DNA of 64,000 nucleotides, from positions 2,470-66,469 of the forward strand of contig CAVKJB010000010.1 in the NCBI GenBank assembly GCA_963656785.1. Direction: 5' to 3'. The notes under the pieces are model-generated. The model saw only the letters and a program-made list of their open reading frames with translations, did not search any database and had not been told where the DNA came from. Origin of the DNA: Acutalibacteraceae bacterium. Its GTDB lineage: Bacteria > Bacillota > Clostridia > Peptostreptococcales > Anaerovoracaceae. Of the stretch, positions 57,710-64,000 are shown piece after piece; the first letter of the stretch is position 1, and each line of letters starts with the position of its first letter. The position numbers and the translations under genes were made by a program.

Positions 57710-57903
57710 GAAGAAAATTGAAAATGTTTTGAAACTTCACGAGTTGTTCACAGGGTGCACCCTGAAAACCAATCAAATCAAGCCTTTTGGGGATAAAAAT
57801 CAATCATAATGTTGAATTTAAGATTGGCCTGTTGTATAATTTTCAATGAATATTTGTGTGAAAATCATTCTTTGATGGGTAAATAAATTTTGGAGGTAAC
57901 GTA

Positions 57904-60714
57904 GTGTTCTGTAGTAAATGTGGAAATAAGATTGCTGATGGCGCAAAGTTCTGCAGCGTCTGTGGTGCGAGAGCCGTATCCACAGGACTCGAACCGTCAG
58001 CGGATCATCCCGTAAGCAATAGAGCTCCATATACTGAATCGAATAGAGATAGTAATTCGAATCGCCGCTCCAGCCTGGATCTGGACTGGGGAAACGAGGA
58101 TAAGCATAAGACAAGAAATTCGTCGACCATGGCGTTCGATTGGAGTTCTGTGGTAGAGGAGCGCAAACCGCGGAAGAAGGTTCCGCAGAATGTGCGTTCA
58201 CCATGGGACAGTTCGGATGATTATGACTCGTTCTCGTCCGGACATTCTTCGAGACCGGCAGCCAGATCGAAGCAGACTCCGCCAAGGTCGGCTTCCTATC
58301 GAGAACCGGCCGCTTTTCGAGAGGCAGAGAGAAAGATGTCGCTCGAAGAAGAACTGTTCGGTAAAGAGCAGGCACCGAAGGAACGAAGCCGCACGATGAA
58401 CTTCATTGATGTTCTCAAGCAAGAGAAAGACAATGAAGCGCGTGAGGAATACGAAAGATTGAGGTACAGAGAACCGGGAAGTCAGCCGATTCCACCGACG
58501 GCGCATCCGGCTCGCAGAGAATCCGTACTGCCGGAATCTCAGAGAGAACGCAATCAGGGATATACAGATCCAGAGACGGACCTTTTCTCAGACTTTTCGG
58601 ATGAGACCCCGAAGCAGCGAAGCTTCGAAGACCAGCTCGCAAGTATCCGAACAGAGCGTAGAAACGCGCATCAGAGAACAATGCATACGGAAATGCAGCA
58701 GCCGGAAGAGGATTCCTATGCTGCATTCGATAAGATGCTTAACGGCATGAAGAGTGAATACGAAGAACCGCAGTCCTTCGAGCCGCCGAGGCGTTCCGGA
58801 CGGGCTACGGGTGCTTATGATACCGCTTACGGAAGAGATAACGGAAGTGCTATGTTCGAAGCGGAACCAACAATGCAGGCTCCGGCCTCGAGAACCGCTG
58901 CACCGGGTCGCAACACGATGTATCGCGATTACGAGAGCTCCTTCCAGAGTATTGATGATGCGATGGAAGATGATTTTGCGGATGTTCGTCTGAATAACTT
59001 CGAGGAGGAAGTGAGCCCGGCACCATCTCGCTCGGCAAGGCGTTCGGCGGGTAGAATGCAGAGAAATCCGCAGGATAGAGCTTCAGCAAGAGAGAACGAC
59101 TATTTCTTCGGCGAAGACGATGATTTCACATTGAACACACGAGAGATGGACGAGGGGGGTTCTGTATCCGCAGATGATGTGGATCTTTTTGCACCGACAG
59201 ATACTCCACGTTCCGCTGCGATATCGGATTCCTATGCACCGGAGGCTGCACCGACGGTGTCGACTAACACCGAAGATGACGGGGATTTCGATGCATTCGA
59301 TGAATACCTGGATTACGTCGCCCCGAGAAGAACATCCCGCACGTCTTCCAGACGGGCTAGAACAGTGGCTCTGGAAGAGGAAGAAGATGATTGGTTCGAT
59401 TCCGCGGATGAATTGGATGATGAGTCCTTCACCGAGAATGTGACGCTTCATGTTCGCGAAGAAGAACCGGAAGCATTGCCTGCACATGGTGTTAATCCGG
59501 TAGTTGCACCAGCTGCACCGGAGGTTTCTGCTGCGACGGGAGCCAAATCAGACGCAGGAGCAGCACCAACTGTACCGACGGAAACGGCCTCCTCGGTCGC
59601 ACCTGCAGAACCGACGATGGAACCTGACGAACTTGCGGACGATAGCAAGAGTTCGATGCAGGCTGAGATTGCTGCGCTTCAGAAACAGCTGGAGATGCTT
59701 TTAAAGGCACAGAGCGGTGGAAGTGTAGAATCGGTATCGACAGAAGAGTCTGTTACTGCGGAAGAACCGATTGAAACGGAATCTGCAGCAGCAGATGAAT
59801 CGGTTGCACCAGCCGTACCGGTTGTAGAACCTACCCCAATCGAGACATCGGAACCGGAGGTAGACACGGCAACGGAAGCCACGCTTGAAACGCACAGCTT
59901 TGCGGATGACGACCAATTGGACCTCGATAAAGAACTGGCACAGCTCGGATTCTACCTAGGTGATGACGACTCGGACGAACCGGCAGAGAATGATTCCGTT
60001 TTCACGTCGGATGACATAGATGTCGACGCTCTGGGTGGCGATACTGTTGTCCTTCCGGCTGATGAGCTGACCGGCGAGACAGAAGAGGTGATGTCGCTGG
60101 AAAGCCTGGAAAGCGATATTTTTGGCAATGCTGACGAGGAAGAGGATCCGGAAGCAACCCGCAAAATTGATAAATTCTATACGCTGTATCGTAAGAATGA
60201 AGAATTCCAGAAATTACTGGATGAAGAATATAGCAAACTCCAAGGCGAGGATTTCGATGACGAAGTAGATAACTCGGTGAATGATATCCTGGGTTATGAC
60301 GATTCGGAAGAAGAGGAATACGAGGAAGAATACGAAGAAGGTGAGGATGATTCTTTTGTGATGCAGAACGGAAATGCTGCAGCAGTGTCTCAGCAACAGG
60401 CTGTATTGAACGCTCCGTCCGAAGGATCCAAACCAATGTCGAAGAAGGAGGCTAAGGCGGCCAAGAAGGCAGCTAAGGCGGCAAAGAAAGAAGCGCTTTC
60501 GGCGGTAGCTCCTGAAGACGAGATTGACGAGAAGGGTGGCAACATCCTCACGGTGATCGCCATCGTGGTTGCAGTTTTGTTGGTAGTGCTTCTGGCAATC
60601 ATTCTCATTCTGAATTTCGCACCGGAGAGCGGAATTGCACAGACACTGAATGAAGTCATTGGAAATTACACCAATTTCTTTGCGGAAACCGGCGCCTCCG
60701 ATTCGCTGATGTAG
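57904..60714 (+). CDS. Large acidic protein with N-terminal zinc ribbon and C-terminal membrane anchor
   Basis: MFCSKCG...FCSVCG at the start, long D/E-rich region, C-terminal TM helix (ILTVIAIVVAVLLVVLLAIILIL). GTG start after ggaggt. Confidence 0.8.
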   Translation: MFCSKCGNKIADGAKFCSVCGARAVSTGLEPSADHPVSNRAPYTESNRDSNSNRRSSLDLDWGNEDKHKTRNSSTMAFDWSSVVEERKPRKKVPQNVRSPWDSSDDYDSFSSGHSSRPAARSKQTPPRSASYREPAAFREAERKMSLEEELFGKEQAPKERSRTMNFIDVLKQEKDNEAREEYERLRYREPGSQPIPPTAHPARRESVLPESQRERNQGYTDPETDLFSDFSDETPKQRSFEDQLASIRTERRNAHQRTMHTEMQQPEEDSYAAFDKMLNGMKSEYEEPQSFEPPRRSGRATGAYDTAYGRDNGSAMFEAEPTMQAPASRTAAPGRNTMYRDYESSFQSIDDAMEDDFADVRLNNFEEEVSPAPSRSARRSAGRMQRNPQDRASARENDYFFGEDDDFTLNTREMDEGGSVSADDVDLFAPTDTPRSAAISDSYAPEAAPTVSTNTEDDGDFDAFDEYLDYVAPRRTSRTSSRRARTVALEEEEDDWFDSADELDDESFTENVTLHVREEEPEALPAHGVNPVVAPAAPEVSAATGAKSDAGAAPTVPTETASSVAPAEPTMEPDELADDSKSSMQAEIAALQKQLEMLLKAQSGGSVESVSTEESVTAEEPIETESAAADESVAPAVPVVEPTPIETSEPEVDTATEATLETHSFADDDQLDLDKELAQLGFYLGDDDSDEPAENDSVFTSDDIDVDALGGDTVVLPADELTGETEEVMSLESLESDIFGNADEEEDPEATRKIDKFYTLYRKNEEFQKLLDEEYSKLQGEDFDDEVDNSVNDILGYDDSEEEEYEEEYEEGEDDSFVMQNGNAAAVSQQQAVLNAPSEGSKPMSKKEAKAAKKAAKAAKKEALSAVAPEDEIDEKGGNILTVIAIVVAVLLVVLLAIILILNFAPESGIAQTLNEVIGNYTNFFAETGASDSLM

Positions 60715-60861
60715 ACAACTGAACAAGAATATACTGCAGCGGTGGCGCCTGAGACGGACGCTGTCGTTGCATATTCTTTTATAAGATGAGGCACTTTCTT
60801 TACAGAGATACCCGCTAACTTTGAGAGAAGCATGGAAGAAATCCCGTGCAGAGGTGATAAG

Positions 60862-63744
60862 ATGAAAAGAAACAAAGGTTCCGCCCGGGCAACTGACCGT
60901 ATCCGAAGTCCGAAGAAGGGCCTGAGCGTAATCATCATGCTAATCGTACTGATTCTGGTACTGCTCGCAGGCTGTGCCGGCTTTATTACGGATTGGCTTT
61001 GGTTCGATAATTTAGGGTACAGCAAGGTATTCTGGACGAAACTCATCACAGAACTGGAAATCGGTATCCCGGTATTCATCGTGACCGTTCTGCTGGTAAG
61101 GATCTACCTGAACAGCCTCCGGAAGCACTATTTTGCGGAGATTGAATCTCATGAGATCCCGGACGAGAAGAAACTCAAGGCGATATCCTGGGCGCTTTCC
61201 GTCCTGTTCGGCGTAGCTGTCGGCATCGGAGCTGCGATCATCACGTGGATGAATTTCCTGCAGTGCATGAATTCCACCTCCTTTGATCTCAAGGATCCGC
61301 TCTTCAATCTGGACATTTCTTTCTATGTATTCAAGCTGGCGTTTCTGACGCAGGCTAATAATCTGGTGCTGGGTATTATCATCGGCGTGGTTATTATCAC
61401 GCTTCTCTATTACAGCATCCTGATGACGGTTCGTACACCGGATATATTTGAACGGGAGCCGGACGAGGAAGAGCCGGGAACCGATTCTGAGAAGGAGACG
61501 GACAACTCCGATGCGAAGGAAATTCCTTTTGACCGGATATTTTCACGCAGGAACAGAAAACGGAAACCGGGGTCACGGAAGCCGGATCTTAACAATGCCA
61601 ACATTCAGCATTTGATGAACATCGCTTCCGGCAAGCTGACGATTCTGGGCATCATCTTCTACGTGATGGTTGCGATGGAGTTCATGCTTCGTCAATTCGA
61701 CCTTCTGCATGCACACACGGGAACCGTGTACGGCGCAGGGTTTACGGATGTGATCATCAAATTATGGCTGTACCGCGTAATCATGGTGCTGTCGTTAGTG
61801 GGTGCAGTGACGCTCTGTCGCCATATGCATCGCCAGGAACTGAAGAAGCTGGTTCGTATTCCGGCTCTGATCATCGGCGTCGGAATGGTGGGCACACTGC
61901 TGGGTGTGGCTGTTCAGAATCTGATCGTCAGCCCGGATGAAATCAACAAGGAAAGCAAGTATTTAGAAAATAATATTACCTATACAAGACATGCGTATGG
62001 CCTAGATAACATTACTGTGGAAGAGTACGCGGCCAGCAATAATCTGGACCGACAGACAATCGACGACAATGCTCAGACCATAACCAATATCCGCATCAAC
62101 GATTATGAACCGGTACAGGATTATTACAATCAGACGCAGAGTATTCGACAATACTACGATTTTAATGATGTGGACATTGACCGGTACACAATCGGCGGAG
62201 AGGTGACACAGACTTATCTCTCGGCCAGAGAGATTGATGAGACAAAAATCAGCTCCACCTGGATCAACCGTCATCTTAAGTACACGCACGGTTACGGCGT
62301 TGCGGTATCCCGCGTTGATGCGGTGACGGCAAGCGGCCAGCCGGACATTGTTGTGAAGAATATTCCGCCGGAATCCGAGGTCAGCGAAATTAAGATTGAC
62401 CGGCCGGAGATCTATTTCGGCGAGCTGAGCAACGATTATATTATTGTTAATACAGATGAACAGGAATTCGACTATCCGAATGGCAATGACAACAGCTACA
62501 CGACTTATGAAGGAAAAGCAGGCATCAAGCTGAACTTCCTGAACCGTGTGTTGTTTGCGATTCGCGAGGGCAGCATGAAACTGCTCGTTTCCTCGAATGT
62601 TAACTCAGATTCTCGAATCATCATCAACCGAAACATCACGGAACGGGTAAAGAAAATCATGCCATATCTTTCTTACGAGAAGGATCCGTACATGACCATC
62701 AGCGACGGTAAACTCTATTGGATTATCGACGCTTACACCACCAGCTCATACTATCCGTATTCCGAGCCATATTCTGGCGAAGTTGGTTCTACCAACTACA
62801 TCCGCAATTCTGTGAAGGTTGTAGTTGATGCATATAATGGAGACACTTCATTCTACATCGTGGACAAGAACGACCCGATTGCGAACACGTACCAGAAGAT
62901 CTATCCGACGTTGTTCAAGGATGAGAGCAAGATGCCGGAAGGCATCCGCGAACACATCCGCTATCCGAACACGCTTCTTAAGATTCAGGCGGGCGTGTAC
63001 ACGAAGTATCACATGGATCAGGTGAAGGTGTTCTATCAGGATGAAGACCTGTGGGATATCGCTCACCAGATCTACGGTACCGAGGAGAAGGAAATGGATC
63101 CGAGCTACTACATATTCGAGCTCCCGGGCGAAGACAAAGCGGAATTTATTAACATGATTCCGTTTACGCCGAAGTCCAAGCAGAATATGACCGCAATTAT
63201 GATGGCCCGAAACGACGGGGATAATTACGGAAAGCTTGTGGTCTACAAATTCCCGAAGAACAAGACTGTCTACGGCCCGATGCAGATTGAAGCACAGATT
63301 GATCAGAACACGGAGATTTCGAAGGAGTTCTCATTGTGGAATTCATCTGGATCGAAATACAGGAGAGGGGACCTATTCGTGATTCCGATCAACAACTCCA
63401 TCATGTACGTAGAACCGGTATACCTGGAAGCCTCAAATCAGGCAATACCGGAGATGAAGCGCGTTATCGTTGCTTATGGCGACGATATTGCGTATGAGGC
63501 CACGCTGGAAGAAGCGCTGACAGACCTATTCGGAGAAGGGGACAATTCCGATTCCGGACAGAGTAGTGGGACGTCCGGGAGCAGCACTTCCTCGAAGTCT
63601 TCCGCCAAGGAACTCATTCAGAAAGCAAATGAAGCGTTCGAGAATGCAACCAATGCCATGAAGAGCGGAGACTGGGAGAAATACGGAAAATATCAGAAAC
63701 AGGTCGAGAAGTATCTGAGCCAGCTGGAAGAACTGAATGGTTAG
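60862..63744 (+). CDS. UPF0182 family membrane protein
   Basis: DWLWF..LGY, DPLFNLDISFY, GAGFTD, TRHAYGL, NIRI, YY.F.DVDIDRY, HLKYTHGYG, NYIRNSVK, YVEPVY. Confidence 0.88.
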   Translation: MKRNKGSARATDRIRSPKKGLSVIIMLIVLILVLLAGCAGFITDWLWFDNLGYSKVFWTKLITELEIGIPVFIVTVLLVRIYLNSLRKHYFAEIESHEIPDEKKLKAISWALSVLFGVAVGIGAAIITWMNFLQCMNSTSFDLKDPLFNLDISFYVFKLAFLTQANNLVLGIIIGVVIITLLYYSILMTVRTPDIFEREPDEEEPGTDSEKETDNSDAKEIPFDRIFSRRNRKRKPGSRKPDLNNANIQHLMNIASGKLTILGIIFYVMVAMEFMLRQFDLLHAHTGTVYGAGFTDVIIKLWLYRVIMVLSLVGAVTLCRHMHRQELKKLVRIPALIIGVGMVGTLLGVAVQNLIVSPDEINKESKYLENNITYTRHAYGLDNITVEEYAASNNLDRQTIDDNAQTITNIRINDYEPVQDYYNQTQSIRQYYDFNDVDIDRYTIGGEVTQTYLSAREIDETKISSTWINRHLKYTHGYGVAVSRVDAVTASGQPDIVVKNIPPESEVSEIKIDRPEIYFGELSNDYIIVNTDEQEFDYPNGNDNSYTTYEGKAGIKLNFLNRVLFAIREGSMKLLVSSNVNSDSRIIINRNITERVKKIMPYLSYEKDPYMTISDGKLYWIIDAYTTSSYYPYSEPYSGEVGSTNYIRNSVKVVVDAYNGDTSFYIVDKNDPIANTYQKIYPTLFKDESKMPEGIREHIRYPNTLLKIQAGVYTKYHMDQVKVFYQDEDLWDIAHQIYGTEEKEMDPSYYIFELPGEDKAEFINMIPFTPKSKQNMTAIMMARNDGDNYGKLVVYKFPKNKTVYGPMQIEAQIDQNTEISKEFSLWNSSGSKYRRGDLFVIPINNSIMYVEPVYLEASNQAIPEMKRVIVAYGDDIAYEATLEEALTDLFGEGDNSDSGQSSGTSGSSTSSKSSAKELIQKANEAFENATNAMKSGDWEKYGKYQKQVEKYLSQLEELNG

Positions 63745-63771
63745 AAAAGGGTAGAGAAAGGTGAAACTGAC

Positions 63772-64000
63772 ATGTTGAATTTTGATTTGGACAAAATGCT
63801 GTTTACAATTCCTTCGGACAAACACGAGGAGAAAGAAATTGTTGCGATACTGGAAGCTCATCCGGAGGTGAAGTTCGTCTCATTGACAGGCGTCGATCTG
63901 GCAAATCACAACACCGATGAGAAAATCCCGATGAAAGCATTCATCGAGGACATGTCCAAGATCCTCAAGGAGGGCGTACAGACGGATGGCTCTAGTGTAG
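63772..64000 (+). CDS. glnA: Glutamine synthetase (clostridial long type), 3'-truncated by the window edge
   Basis: Translates as MLNFDLDK...HPEVKFVSLTGVDL..HNTDEKIP...GVQTDGSSV. RBS gaaaggtg; not in the ORF track. Confidence 0.75.
   Translation, partial: MLNFDLDKMLFTIPSDKHEEKEIVAILEAHPEVKFVSLTGVDLANHNTDEKIPMKAFIEDMSKILKEGVQTDGSSV

Overview
Core-chromosome segment of an anaerobic Firmicute, probably Clostridia (inferred from gene content and Gram-positive RBS/promoter style). In order it holds: a copper P1B-ATPase (5'-truncated); a Crp/Fnr regulator divergent from a 4Fe-4S protein; MntP; two convergent transporter operons (ECF-type and polar amino-acid ABC), each ending in a DUF169-like gene; an M16C peptidase and pyk; a cobalamin riboswitch heading a ~22-kb uptake plus anaerobic cobalamin biosynthesis cluster (cbiK lipoprotein to cbiB, with cbiF-G and cbiJ-E-T fusions); a Cys/His-repeat surface protein; a flavodoxin-like reductase; HU; an AEC transporter; a degenerate PAP2; a SepF paralogue; argJ-argB-cbiL behind ARG boxes; a yybP-ykoY riboswitch ahead of a P2-type ATPase; a PEPCK-like protein; tRNA-Lys(CTT); a large acidic zinc-ribbon protein; UPF0182; and the start of glnA. 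No CRISPR array, prophage or intact transposase is visible. The most unusual pattern is that many enzymes carry in-frame insertions or extensions rich in hairpins and short tandem duplications, with no shared consensus. Similar long hairpins occur in intergenic DNA and in the riboswitch P2 arm. All calls come from motifs read by eye; no searches or folding programs were run.
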